DNA from: Bdellovibrionales bacterium
Lineage (GTDB): Bacteria; Bdellovibrionota; Bdellovibrionia; Bdellovibrionales; JAMPXM01
Length of the DNA stretch: 24,765 nt
Assembly (NCBI GenBank): GCA_043739185.1
Contig: JAYUEN010000002.1
Coordinates: 1-24,765, forward strand
Reading direction: 5' to 3'
The position numbers were made by a program, and so were the translations under genes. The notes below the pieces were generated by a model, which had not been told where the DNA came from, did not search any database, and was given only the letters and a program-made list of their open reading frames with translations. This document shows positions 9,088 through 18,162 of this stretch, piece after piece (the stretch's first letter is position 1; each line of letters opens with the position of its first letter).

Positions 9088-9832
9088 CTAAAACGGGCTC
9101 GGTAAAAACAATTTGAACATCTACAGCATGATTTGATTCATCGAGAATATTAGAGGCTCCGCTAAATGCTTTTATAAAGCGCCCCGAAGAATCAAAGCTT
9201 AGTACGGCTTCGCGAATTCCTGATAAATTGCGAATGAAAAAGCTTTGAATCTTAAAAGCAAAGCGAACAGTGAGGTCCGTTGATTCTTTATTGGGGCGAT
9301 ATTCAAGTATCATGCCGTAGTCATCCATAAGGGCGGGAATCACATATCGAAAGCTCTTGCTTTCAGTTTTTGCTTTTTGAAAATTTTCGCGAATATAGTT
9401 AATGAGTCCCATTGAATTTGTCATATTATTTAAATAATCGAGTTTCTTGGTTTTCATAATTTTTGGATCTGCAAAATTCTGTGATACCGAAACGAATTTT
9501 TGGTCGTCTGTGAGTATAATTTTAAACTGAGTTTTTTTTCGATGATCTTCAAAACTGATTTCGGGAAAGTAGGGTTTTTTTGAAAAGTCTGAATGCATTT
9601 CGACGATCAGCTTTGAGTCTTTATCTTTGTAAAGACTATCTATTTTTAAAATGTGATTTTCTTTGATGCTAAAAGTATCTTCTTCGGTATAAAAAAAGAG
9701 GTTCTCTTTATACAGGGCTGTACCAATTATTTTTTGCGTGGTAATCGCAGTTTGAGCTTGTTCCGCACCTTGTAGTCTAGAGCTGAAGCAAAGCGCAGCA
9801 AATGTGATTGCCATTATTAAATGCTTGGCCAT
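9074..9832 (-). CDS. Hypothetical exported protein (252 aa)
   Basis: Signal-peptide-like N-terminus (MAKHLIMAITFAALCFSSRLQGA) and GGAG upstream of the start. Converges on the DUF429 gene with a 14-nt overlap. Confidence 0.75.
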   Translation of the reverse strand: MAKHLIMAITFAALCFSSRLQGAEQAQTAITTQKIIGTALYKENLFFYTEEDTFSIKENHILKIDSLYKDKDSKLIVEMHSDFSKKPYFPEISFEDHRKKTQFKIILTDDQKFVSVSQNFADPKIMKTKKLDYLNNMTNSMGLINYIRENFQKAKTESKSFRYVIPALMDDYGMILEYRPNKESTDLTVRFAFKIQSFFIRNLSGIREAVLSFDSSGRFIKAFSGASNILDESNHAVDVQIVFTEPVLVKTK

Positions 9833-9971
9833 TTCATACTCCGGTTAATCCTAGATTAATTAATAAAGTTAAGTTTTGGCAAGTACGGCGCTTCACAGTA
9901 ATACTTCAAAAATGGACCATTGGTGAGACGAAAATTCTTGAATTCATGGCTTAAAACAGCTTTGATGAGAT

Positions 9972-10961
9972 ATGGCCAAGTTCAAAATGAGTTTGATGAC
10001 ATTCAAAGCAAATCGGATAGTTGGAGTGCTGCTTTGCCTGCTTGTGATTTCATTGATGACTTCTTTTGCCAGGGCAATTGAAATCGAACATCAATTGGTG
10101 AGAAGGCTAGTGGTGTTTCCATTTCAGGTTTCGAGTCGTTTGGCACCAAAGGCCGACGAGGCCTGGTGGCAAATTCGCCAAGAACTCACCCAGAATCAAA
10201 TTTTTCTTTTAGCGAGTAAGCAGTTTTTATCAAAAAACGAAGTCTATCAAGCTCGAGGCGAATTGCAGCCTGCTGATGCAATCTTACTCGGAAAATTACT
10301 TGATGCTCATGCGCTTATAACAGCGAGAGTTGAGGGGCACCGCCTCACTTTAAATGTATACGACGCAAGCTTCGGACTGCTGCTGTGGCAAAATCATTTG
10401 GATATGCATTTGTCGCGGCCGTTAGAAGATCAAATTGTCGAAACTTCAAAAAAATTAATTCATGATTTTATGGCATCAATTCCTTACCAGGGTTTTCAGG
10501 TAATCGATTCGCTTCGTGGTAAGGCCACCTTTGAAGATGCCGATGAAGTCCGCACGGAAGTTCAGATTGGGAGTCAAAGTCAAATTCAAGTCGGCGACAT
10601 CGCACAATGGATTCATGTTTATCATAAATCCACAGATGCGCTTTTTCAGGGTGGTGGCGAAACCAAGGCCTTTGCAGAAGGAAAAGTGGTACTCATTGAT
10701 AAAGGCATAGCAACTATCCAATTGATTCGAGCGACTCATTTAGATGATATAAAAGAATATGCTCTAGTACGTTTTCCTAAAGAAGCTGAGCGCATAAAGA
10801 TTGAATTGGCTTTGAAAGAATCCTTGCCAGGCAGATTGTCGACCGCAATCGTGATTACGGATCTTGAAAAAATGAAGTCCTTAGCGAAGGAGCGACGTCC
10901 CTTAATAACAACTCTAAGCTTTGTCGGAAGTATATCTGCAATCTTACTCTTGGCGCTTTGA
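9972..10961 (+). CDS. Hypothetical exported protein with C-terminal hydrophobic anchor (possible TolB-N/CsgG/FlgT-like architecture)
   Basis: Signal peptide ending in ARA, RRLVVFPF start of an alpha/beta domain, a beta-rich second domain and a hydrophobic C-terminus (LITTLSFVGSISAILLLAL). The exact start Met and the fold are uncertain. Confidence 0.7.
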   Translation: MAKFKMSLMTFKANRIVGVLLCLLVISLMTSFARAIEIEHQLVRRLVVFPFQVSSRLAPKADEAWWQIRQELTQNQIFLLASKQFLSKNEVYQARGELQPADAILLGKLLDAHALITARVEGHRLTLNVYDASFGLLLWQNHLDMHLSRPLEDQIVETSKKLIHDFMASIPYQGFQVIDSLRGKATFEDADEVRTEVQIGSQSQIQVGDIAQWIHVYHKSTDALFQGGGETKAFAEGKVVLIDKGIATIQLIRATHLDDIKEYALVRFPKEAERIKIELALKESLPGRLSTAIVITDLEKMKSLAKERRPLITTLSFVGSISAILLLAL

Positions 10962-10976
10962 TCATCAAGCTGGTAT

Positions 10977-12083
10977 TTACATTTGAATAGGTTCAAACAA
11001 TTCTTTCAGACCTTCAACTCTCATCGGATGAGCTGAAAAATTTGAAATCCAGGTTTCAGGACTTTCCATACAAAGAAAAACTCGCCAGTTGGGATCTAGC
11101 TTACGAAATTGAGATATAAGGCAATCAAACATTTCGTTTCTGAGATCTAAGTCGTATCGAAGTTTGCCGTCATGACCTCTGAAGACTTCGCCCTTGGTAA
11201 CATAAGAATTCATGCCGAATCTCTCGCGCATCATATGTCGCTGCTCGGGCTGAAAGCGTAAACCACCGACAGAAATACTTAAAACCTGATGGGGCCTAAA
11301 GCGTGCGTGAATTTGGGAGGCAAGATTAAGATAGTTTTCTTTCCAATTCGGATGCCAAATCATTGGGTCAATATGAAAACTAACTAAAAAAGAATTCTTC
11401 ACACTCAATTCTGCGGCTTGCAGACGTTCCTCTAATGAGGCGGTGCCATGTTCTTCAGAACTTATGATTTCTTGTGGATTGATTGACCAACTAACGACGA
11501 CATTGCCAGCATGAGACTCGTTTACGAATTGCTCAATAAATCGAGATTTGGTTTTAAATTCCAACTTCCAATTGGGCATTTCCTTAAAGGCTGAAATCAA
11601 CTTTTGAGAATAGAGAGTGAGCGGATCAAGACTTAAACTGTCAATGGTTTCGCCAGTGCCGACGCGAACCGCTTTTGACTTCGACTCTTGATACATGGTT
11701 TTTAATTCTAAGATTGCATCATCAATATTGCTGTAAATGGTTAGCATTGAAGTATTGATAAAACTTTGCAGATAACAATAAGAGCAATTCATATCACATT
11801 GCAAACCAAGGTTCAAAACATAGTAATTGCAACAGGCAAGTCCTGAACCATTTGCGCCGGGACACCTTTTAAAAAATTGGCCTTTGAATTTCGTAATGAA
11901 AATATTTTTTTTACTTTTGTTGAACTCTTGAGCTGATAGTTCGCCGGTAGGGCCGCTCAGCTGGTCAACAAAATGAATTTTTTCTGATGCGAAAATTTCA
12001 CAGAAGCGAATCGCGACCTCGCTCCCTCGGGCGGAATCATGAATATAAATATTCTCAAATTTTTGAAGCAACTCGTTCATCAT
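10977..12083 (-). CDS. Radical SAM protein, spore photoproduct lyase (SplB)-like family
   Basis: CxxxCxxC motif CDMNCSYCYLQ (11775-11798) and motifs GTGETIDSL, LEFKTKS, SWSINP, EHGTASLEERL, FHIDP and FLCMES. Confidence 0.88.
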   Translation of the reverse strand: MMNELLQKFENIYIHDSARGSEVAIRFCEIFASEKIHFVDQLSGPTGELSAQEFNKSKKNIFITKFKGQFFKRCPGANGSGLACCNYYVLNLGLQCDMNCSYCYLQSFINTSMLTIYSNIDDAILELKTMYQESKSKAVRVGTGETIDSLSLDPLTLYSQKLISAFKEMPNWKLEFKTKSRFIEQFVNESHAGNVVVSWSINPQEIISSEEHGTASLEERLQAAELSVKNSFLVSFHIDPMIWHPNWKENYLNLASQIHARFRPHQVLSISVGGLRFQPEQRHMMRERFGMNSYVTKGEVFRGHDGKLRYDLDLRNEMFDCLISQFRKLDPNWRVFLCMESPETWISNFSAHPMRVEGLKELFEPIQM

Positions 12084-12931
12084 TGAGTCAGCTTTTCATT
12101 CATTTGTTTCACAGCAGATCGAGCTTCAAATTCAATTTGAATTTTTTGAAGGGCTTCAATATTTCTCTTGAGTTCACCCTGCGTTCGAAACTGCATTCGG
12201 ACTTCGTTCACCAGACTTGCTTCACTCCCAACGACGCGAGCGTTAAGAAATTTGGGCCAAGAAAATTGCGCGAGATCATTTTGCTTTTTCTCTAATTGAG
12301 CACTGCGCATTGGGTTTCGGAGTTGCTCAAGTCTTTGAGACCAAACTTCATTTGATTCGTTTTTTCTAATAAGTAATTGATCAAGATCCGGATTCATTAA
12401 AAACAATTCACAGGCATTTTCAAGAATTTGAATTCCCAATTGTCTGGTGAGGGCGCGCTCCGTAATTTGCCGCAACAGAATTTCAATGTCCGAAACATTA
12501 TTTATTGATTTTAAGACGAAAAGCTCTCGTGCGCCGAGTTTGCGATCGCCTACCCAGTTTTGAAATTCAAGCGGGGTTTGAGAGAGTTTCAACAATAGTT
12601 CAGAAAATGATTCCGAGGCCCGCAATGAATTTTTTTCTAAAAGACGATCAAAGTCAAATTGCGGAGCCAATGAGGTTTGTAACTTAAAAATTCTCGCAAG
12701 CTCTGGTAAACTAAGAGTCTGATATATATCAAAGATCAATTCAGCAATTGAAATACCAGGAGCCTCTAAGTTTACAACTTCATGATCAGGGCCAACTTGA
12801 AATCCACATAAGAGTTCTTCGCCCCAGGCATAAACTGGTAGGTTTGCAGGCCAAGCCTTTAATGGCTTGAAATCCAAGTTCTTTTTGCATTGCGAAACTT
12901 TTAGTGTTTTCATGAGCGCATGAACTATCAA
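12080..12931 (-). CDS. Hypothetical protein coupled to the SPL-like gene (possible degenerate ParB-like protein)
   Basis: Its stop overlaps the SPL-like start (ATGA). Mostly helical. The start is either TTG at 12931 or ATG at 12913. The ParB resemblance is weak. Confidence 0.7.
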   Translation of the reverse strand: MIVHALMKTLKVSQCKKNLDFKPLKAWPANLPVYAWGEELLCGFQVGPDHEVVNLEAPGISIAELIFDIYQTLSLPELARIFKLQTSLAPQFDFDRLLEKNSLRASESFSELLLKLSQTPLEFQNWVGDRKLGARELFVLKSINNVSDIEILLRQITERALTRQLGIQILENACELFLMNPDLDQLLIRKNESNEVWSQRLEQLRNPMRSAQLEKKQNDLAQFSWPKFLNARVVGSEASLVNEVRMQFRTQGELKRNIEALQKIQIEFEARSAVKQMNEKLTQ

Positions 12932-12984
12932 ATGGCTTCAAAGAAGTCTATGTTATAAAATGAAGCGCACTGGGAGGCAGGAGT

Positions 12985-14061
12985 ATGGCAGATTGGAAAT
13001 CACGCGCCCAAATTGTAGAAGACGTCGTATTCTTTCGCTATATTGCTGCGGATTTAGAATCCAGTTTTGAAGAAGTCTATGTATGGGATCTTGATAAAAC
13101 CTATTTAGATACGAGTTTAGCAAGTTTACGTGAGCTCTGGCGGACCATCGCCGAAAAAGCTTTTCAAAAGAAGAATGTTCCCGGAACGGGTTCCTTGGTT
13201 AGATCCTTAAAGCAGGCTTGGCAAGAAGAACGTGGTCAGAAGGCCTTTCCGATTTACTTTATTACCGCCTCTCCTCCTCAAATGGAGGCTAAGATTAAGG
13301 ACAAGCTCGAACTTGATGAAATCTTACCTCTCGGAGCTTTTTACAAGGACAATCTTAAAAATATAAAGCCCTCAAGGTTGTGGCGACTGACCAAGCAAGT
13401 TGGCTTCAAACTGCAAGCTCTCTTGCAACTTAGGATGCGCTTGCGCTCTGATGTCAGGCAAGTCTTGTGGGGTGACGACAGTGAATCAGATGCAATCATC
13501 TACTCCTTGTATTCTGATATTTGCGCAAGACGGTGGCCAGAGCGCGACCTCTTAAATATTTTGCGAGCGCTTCATGTTGTAGGGGAGCAGACCGAAGTCA
13601 TTTTGGATTTGCAATCGCAAATTCCTATTCATGATCCGGTTGAAAAAATTTATATCAATCTCGCAACCGATACCGATCCTGAATATTATCTCAAATTTGG
13701 GCGCCGCTTGATCGCAACCTATAATACCTTTCAAGCCGCACTTGATTTGATGCAAGATCAGCGCTTGCCAGTCGAGCAGGTGATTCGAGTCGCGCAAGAT
13801 ATGATTATGAATTTTGGTTTCACCAGAGAACAACTCGAATTTAGTATAGACAATCTGGTTCGCCGCGAACTTTTAAGTGATGTGGCAATCGATGCAGTTG
13901 TTCCGGACTTGAAACTTGCGAAATTAATTTCAAATGATTTCAAGCCAAGTATTGATCCCAAAAAAATCAGCGAGCAAGAAGGCTCTCGTGTTTATGCACT
14001 TGAAGGCACCGATGAGCCGTGGGTCCCAGACCATATCGAATATCTAAATGAGATTCGCTAA
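12985..14061 (+). CDS. HAD-superfamily phosphatase, App1/DUF2183 (phosphatidate phosphatase-like)
   Basis: HAD motif I VYVWDLDKTY, motif II FITASP, a conserved Lys (GFKL) and motif IV LWGDDSESD. GGAGG/AGGAG upstream of the start. Confidence 0.8.
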   Translation: MADWKSRAQIVEDVVFFRYIAADLESSFEEVYVWDLDKTYLDTSLASLRELWRTIAEKAFQKKNVPGTGSLVRSLKQAWQEERGQKAFPIYFITASPPQMEAKIKDKLELDEILPLGAFYKDNLKNIKPSRLWRLTKQVGFKLQALLQLRMRLRSDVRQVLWGDDSESDAIIYSLYSDICARRWPERDLLNILRALHVVGEQTEVILDLQSQIPIHDPVEKIYINLATDTDPEYYLKFGRRLIATYNTFQAALDLMQDQRLPVEQVIRVAQDMIMNFGFTREQLEFSIDNLVRRELLSDVAIDAVVPDLKLAKLISNDFKPSIDPKKISEQEGSRVYALEGTDEPWVPDHIEYLNEIR

Positions 14062-14936
14062 TCTAAATGTATTGGATAGGCCTGAACTAAAATCGCACGT
14101 GAAGAAAACTCTTTAAAACTAGCGCGCCCGATGACATCGGTCAGGCAACGATCTAATTGTTCATCTTGAATCGGAGATGAAATGACTTTTGGACCAGTCA
14201 CTTTGCCGGTGGGCTGAATCATAAATGACAAAACCACTTGGCCACTCAAATCAAGGCGTTGGGATCTCAACATATAATTTATATAGCAACGATGTAAAAA
14301 TGAGGTTTGGTTGCGCATCACGCGATTGATTTCTTCTTGATCAAGCGAGTTTGCATTTTGCGCCGTCTTTTTCATATTCGTTGAAGCTTTATCTGGTACT
14401 TTTTCGGGAGTAGAAGCCTGGGGTGCCTCAGTGCTTTGAATTTGCGAAGGCTCAGGCAAGCTAGGTTTGGCTTTTAAAATATTGGTTTTAAGTTCTTCAA
14501 GACTTATGATTTTTCCTTTTTTGCTTACCTCAAAGCTATGGGTATTTGAAGAATTTGAAATCAATTGAATTTGCCCTTCGAGAATCGTGATTGAAATATT
14601 GGCGCCATCTTGTCTGCTCAAGGTTTCAAAAACCAATTTGGTAAGAGGGGCCATTTCAAATTTGGCGCCGCTTGAAAGTTGAAAGCGTAGCGTGGCGTTT
14701 TGATCTGTTGAAAGCGTATAATTTTGAAATATTTTTGACTGTGAAGTGAGCATTGAAATTTGATCTTGGCTATCTTTTAGGGTGGCCAAACCTTGAACGC
14801 TTTCAACCTCGGCAATGCTTGTATTTGCCTGTGAGCCATCTTGTTTGAGGCCGCCTGAAAAATCGTATTTGAAAAGAAAAAGGATAAGGACTCCGATAAA
14901 AATGAGTCCAGAGCCTGTGACGAGAATTCGCTTCAA
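14058..14936 (-). CDS. Membrane-anchored protein with FecR-like N-terminal region and AgmX/PglI (TonB-like) C-terminal domain
   Basis: N-terminal TM, beta-rich region, Pro/Ser/Thr linker, then LDQEEINRVM....LHRCY...LSGQVVLSFMI.PTGKV....LDRCL...YP. The TTG start directly abuts the secG stop. Confidence 0.78.
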   Translation of the reverse strand: MKRILVTGSGLIFIGVLILFLFKYDFSGGLKQDGSQANTSIAEVESVQGLATLKDSQDQISMLTSQSKIFQNYTLSTDQNATLRFQLSSGAKFEMAPLTKLVFETLSRQDGANISITILEGQIQLISNSSNTHSFEVSKKGKIISLEELKTNILKAKPSLPEPSQIQSTEAPQASTPEKVPDKASTNMKKTAQNANSLDQEEINRVMRNQTSFLHRCYINYMLRSQRLDLSGQVVLSFMIQPTGKVTGPKVISSPIQDEQLDRCLTDVIGRASFKEFSSRAILVQAYPIHLD

Positions 14937-15284
14937 CTATTTTTTCTCAGATTTTTCGGCTGCCTTAGGTGCTGTATTGACCGGGGCAGTTTCGGGGGCT
15001 TTAACTGGTGCCGTAGCATTCACTGGAGTGGTGATATCTACTACCGAACCTGTATTTGATTTTGACAACAAAGAAAGCAAAATGCAGGTAATTCCGAAAC
15101 AAATTGCACACCAAGAAGTGATTTTAGTAAGCAAATTTGCAGCACCTGTGGTGCCGAACAATTGGTTGGCTCCGGCGCCGCTAAAAACCCCAGCTGTTCC
15201 GCCGCCTTTTGGATCTTGAAGCAGAACAAAGCCAATTAATCCTGCGCAGAACAATAAGTGAAGAATTGCAATGAGCGTTACCAT
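14937..15284 (-). CDS. secG: Preprotein translocase subunit SecG
   Basis: Two TM helices flanking VLLQDPKGGGTAGVFSGAG..LFG....NLLTKIT, with a GGAGG RBS. Confidence 0.95.
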   Translation of the reverse strand: MVTLIAILHLLFCAGLIGFVLLQDPKGGGTAGVFSGAGANQLFGTTGAANLLTKITSWCAICFGITCILLSLLSKSNTGSVVDITTPVNATAPVKAPETAPVNTAPKAAEKSEKK

Positions 15285-15303
15285 AAAACCTCCAAAGCTT
15301 AGG

Positions 15304-15332
15304 TTTATAGTAATTTCAGCTATGAAAGTCTA
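15304..15332 (-). promoter_or_regulatory. Candidate sigma70 promoter for secG
   Basis: The minus strand reads TAGACT-N17-TATAAA, just upstream of the RBS. Confidence 0.45.
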
Positions 15333-15365
15333 GGCTTGAATGAAAATTTGACTAGGAAAATGAAT

Positions 15366-16331
15366 TTAACCGGCTTTGCGAGAATTTTGTGCAATGTGAT
15401 GTCTTTGAACCACCAAGGATATTACATGAGAAACGAGCATAACAAATTGAATTTCAATGTCTTCAAAGCGTCCTCGGGACTCGGGCATTCGAGTTGAGAT
15501 CACCCCCCAAAGACCTTCTGCGGTTTCGATTGGGGCGACGATCATTGAAGAAAAATGAATCGATTTCGACTTTTCTCCAATGGCTTTCATGGTCGGATCT
15601 TTCTCAAGATTATCAATGGCTAAAATTTTCGCGGTATTAAGGGTATAAATAATTTCAGGATACTTTTCGAGCTTGAGCTTGAGCTGCTTCACATCGCGAT
15701 TGTCAGATGATCCATGTACCACCCCAATGCGATTCTCAAGATCGCACTCCACCACGGATACACGAACGGCCTTCATTGCCATTGCAACCATTTTGGTGAG
15801 ATTGTGCAAACTCAAATCAAGGCTCGTCGATTTCATGGCTTCTTTGAGAGTTAAATCAGTCAAATGCAGGTAATATTGCGCCTCATTCATGAGCTGCAAT
15901 TCATCTTTTTGGCTGAAATCTTTTACTTCGCGCTTTTCTTGAACGTGTAAAATTATGCGCGATAGAACATCCAAATGCTTAAGCGGCATGATCAAGTAGT
16001 CACTTGCTCCCCACTTTAGGCATTCTTTGACATTTTGTGTATTATTGTGAAATTGCGAGGTCACAAATACTTTGATCTGACCGCGATTGGTTTTTTCGTT
16101 TTGCCTAAGAGTTTTCAAAAGCATTAAGGCGCTTAAGTCCGCATACATTAAATCAATAATAATAAAATCAGGACGCCATGACCAAATGAAGTCTTTTAGT
16201 TCCTCGCCATTGCGCGAGGATCTACAGAAAACCCCTTCCTCGGCCAAGAAGTTCAAAAGTTTTGTCGAAGCGGAGACGTCCTCCATAGCGAGCAAAACTT
16301 TTACTTCTTTTTGTCTAAACAGTTCATTCAT
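15366..16331 (-). CDS. Response regulator: receiver domain plus GAF domain, no enzymatic or DNA-binding output domain
   Basis: REC motifs VLLAMED, PDFIIID(LM), VFVTS and GASDYL.P. GAF motifs RVSVV, KYPEI and SMIVAPI....LWGVI....F...EIQF. Confidence 0.85.
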   Translation of the reverse strand: MNELFRQKEVKVLLAMEDVSASTKLLNFLAEEGVFCRSSRNGEELKDFIWSWRPDFIIIDLMYADLSALMLLKTLRQNEKTNRGQIKVFVTSQFHNNTQNVKECLKWGASDYLIMPLKHLDVLSRIILHVQEKREVKDFSQKDELQLMNEAQYYLHLTDLTLKEAMKSTSLDLSLHNLTKMVAMAMKAVRVSVVECDLENRIGVVHGSSDNRDVKQLKLKLEKYPEIIYTLNTAKILAIDNLEKDPTMKAIGEKSKSIHFSSMIVAPIETAEGLWGVISTRMPESRGRFEDIEIQFVMLVSHVISLVVQRHHIAQNSRKAG

Positions 16332-16338
16332 ATTATGT

Positions 16339-16366
16339 TGATCGGCAGAAGTTTAAGTTTGATTGA
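16339..16366 (-). promoter_or_regulatory. Candidate sigma28/FliA promoter for the REC-GAF gene
   Basis: The minus strand reads TCAA-N16-GCCGATCA. The -10 is a 7/8 match to GCCGATAA and ends 7 nt before the ATG; the spacer is one base longer than consensus. Confidence 0.5.
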
Positions 16367-16548
16367 AGTTTTTTTAGCTTTAGTCCTGATTGACGCCACG
16401 CAAAATAGATTTTATCTCTTCGGACTAGCGATTTAAGAAAAACAAGTGCTTGCGCTTTTTTATAGTCGAATTGGCGTTTTAAGGATAACAACTAGTTGCA
16501 TAGTTTCGGCGGTGATTTTGTTGGCTCCAAGTGCCAGGGAGATAGTGA

Positions 16549-17181
16549 ATGCCTTTTATTGCATTTGAAGGACTCGATGGATCGGGCAAAAGCACGTTGA
16601 TCAGGGGGCTCACCGAGCACCTTAAGCAGGCCAAAGTCCAGTTTGTCTTAACTCGGGAACCAGGTGGTACCGGATTAGCTGAAGAGATTCGAAATATTCT
16701 TTTAAAAATAGATGATGAGGTTCCCGACGCTCGCACCGAGGCATTGTTGTATCAGGCGTCTCGAGCGCAACATGTAGAACGTGTCATTTTACCTGCACTT
16801 AAAAAAAACCTGTGGGTAATATGTGATCGTTTTTCAGCAAGCTCAATCGCTTTTCAAAGTTTTGCAAGAGGATTGGCGCGAGCTGAAATCGAATGGCTCA
16901 ATCGTTTTTCAACGCAAAATACTTTTCCTGACTTAAATGTTTTGCTTGATTTGAGTGTTGAAGAAAGTCAACAGCGAATGGCAGGGCGAAATTTGACTCT
17001 CGGTCAGGAGCATGACCGATTTGAAAGAGAACAAAGTGAGTTTCACCAGAAAGTTCGTGATGGCTTCTTGTTTCAGGCAAAAAGCGAACCCAATAAATGG
17101 CTGGTTCTGAATGCAAACCAAACAAGTGAAAAGCTCACTCAGCTGCTCATTCAGGATTTAAAGACGCGAAAATATTTGTAG
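16549..17181 (+). CDS. tmk: Thymidylate (dTMP) kinase
   Basis: P-loop FEGLDGSGKST, TREPGGT, ICDRF and PDL..LLD. Confidence 0.97.
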   Translation: MPFIAFEGLDGSGKSTLIRGLTEHLKQAKVQFVLTREPGGTGLAEEIRNILLKIDDEVPDARTEALLYQASRAQHVERVILPALKKNLWVICDRFSASSIAFQSFARGLARAEIEWLNRFSTQNTFPDLNVLLDLSVEESQQRMAGRNLTLGQEHDRFEREQSEFHQKVRDGFLFQAKSEPNKWLVLNANQTSEKLTQLLIQDLKTRKYL

Positions 17182-17187
17182 GGAAAA

Positions 17188-18162
17188 ATGAATTTAAGAG
17201 ATCAAATTGTCGGAAATCAAAAGCTTTTGAATTCGCTTTTTGAAAGAGCAAAGCTTTCTCAACTGGCAAGTCTTATGATTTTTGCTGGCCCAAGTGGAAT
17301 TGGCAAGAAGTTGAGCGCACTCGCCCTTTCACAAGAACTCATTTGTCCAAAAGGTCCTCCGGCCTGCGGAAGTTGCGGCGCCTGTCTCAGAATAAAAGAT
17401 CTCAAAAGTGAAAATGTCTTACTCATTGAGCCCGAATCCAATTCGGCGCAAATTAAATTAGAGCAATCTCGTCAAATTGAAAATTTTGTTCAACTCAGAC
17501 AGTTGGGGCGCGCGCGAACCATTATAGTCGATCAAGCGCATCGTCTCAATCCACAATCTTCAAATGCTCTGCTCAAACTTTTTGAAGAGCCGCCACCACA
17601 AACATATATTTTCTTAATTACACAGAGTCCGAATACCTTATTAGCGACCATCAGGTCGCGTGCCCAGCTCTTTCGTTTTTCTCCATTGCCAGACGAAGAA
17701 ATCAAAAAATTGACTGGCGCTGAAGATTGGATTTTGAAAATGGCCCGTGGCCAGATCGACTTCGCTTATCGCCTTAAAGAAAACTCAAAAACTTGGACCG
17801 AGGCCAGGACCCAAGCTCTCAATTTTATTTCTCAGGCCTTAAGTGATCAGGGAGATTTATTTTCGAAGATGAAAGAAATTTCTGGCGATCGTGAGACGAG
17901 TCTGCAGAATATTTTGGTTTGGCAGTCGCTTTTTCGCGACGCCTTGCTGTCAAGTCTAAGCCCAGGTACAAAGTCTGAATGGATCAATGAGCAGTCCGAA
18001 AAGCTGATTGCTGACTTGAGCGCGTTTGGTTCTGAGAAGCTTTCTCAAATGACTTCAGCTCTTTTAGAGATGGAGCAGGACCTCAGCGCCAATGTTGATC
18101 GCACTTTGCTTCTTGAAAATTTTTATTTTAAGATGAGTCATCTCAAAGACGAAAGAATTTAA
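17188..18162 (+). CDS. holB: DNA polymerase III subunit delta-prime
   Basis: GPSGIGK, zinc motif C..(x5)CGSCGAC, NALLKLFEEPP and LLATIRSR. Canonical tmk-holB-tatD order. Confidence 0.93.
   Translation: MNLRDQIVGNQKLLNSLFERAKLSQLASLMIFAGPSGIGKKLSALALSQELICPKGPPACGSCGACLRIKDLKSENVLLIEPESNSAQIKLEQSRQIENFVQLRQLGRARTIIVDQAHRLNPQSSNALLKLFEEPPPQTYIFLITQSPNTLLATIRSRAQLFRFSPLPDEEIKKLTGAEDWILKMARGQIDFAYRLKENSKTWTEARTQALNFISQALSDQGDLFSKMKEISGDRETSLQNILVWQSLFRDALLSSLSPGTKSEWINEQSEKLIADLSAFGSEKLSQMTSALLEMEQDLSANVDRTLLLENFYFKMSHLKDERI

Noticed and set aside
14815..15235. ORFs 14815..15219 (+) and 15041..15235 (-)
   Set aside because: They are antisense or alternate-frame shadows of secG and its downstream gene.
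16390..16418. TTGACG-N17-TATCTC as the tmk promoter
   Set aside because: The -10 lacks the conserved final T and the site is about 130 nt from the start, so it is too weak to report.
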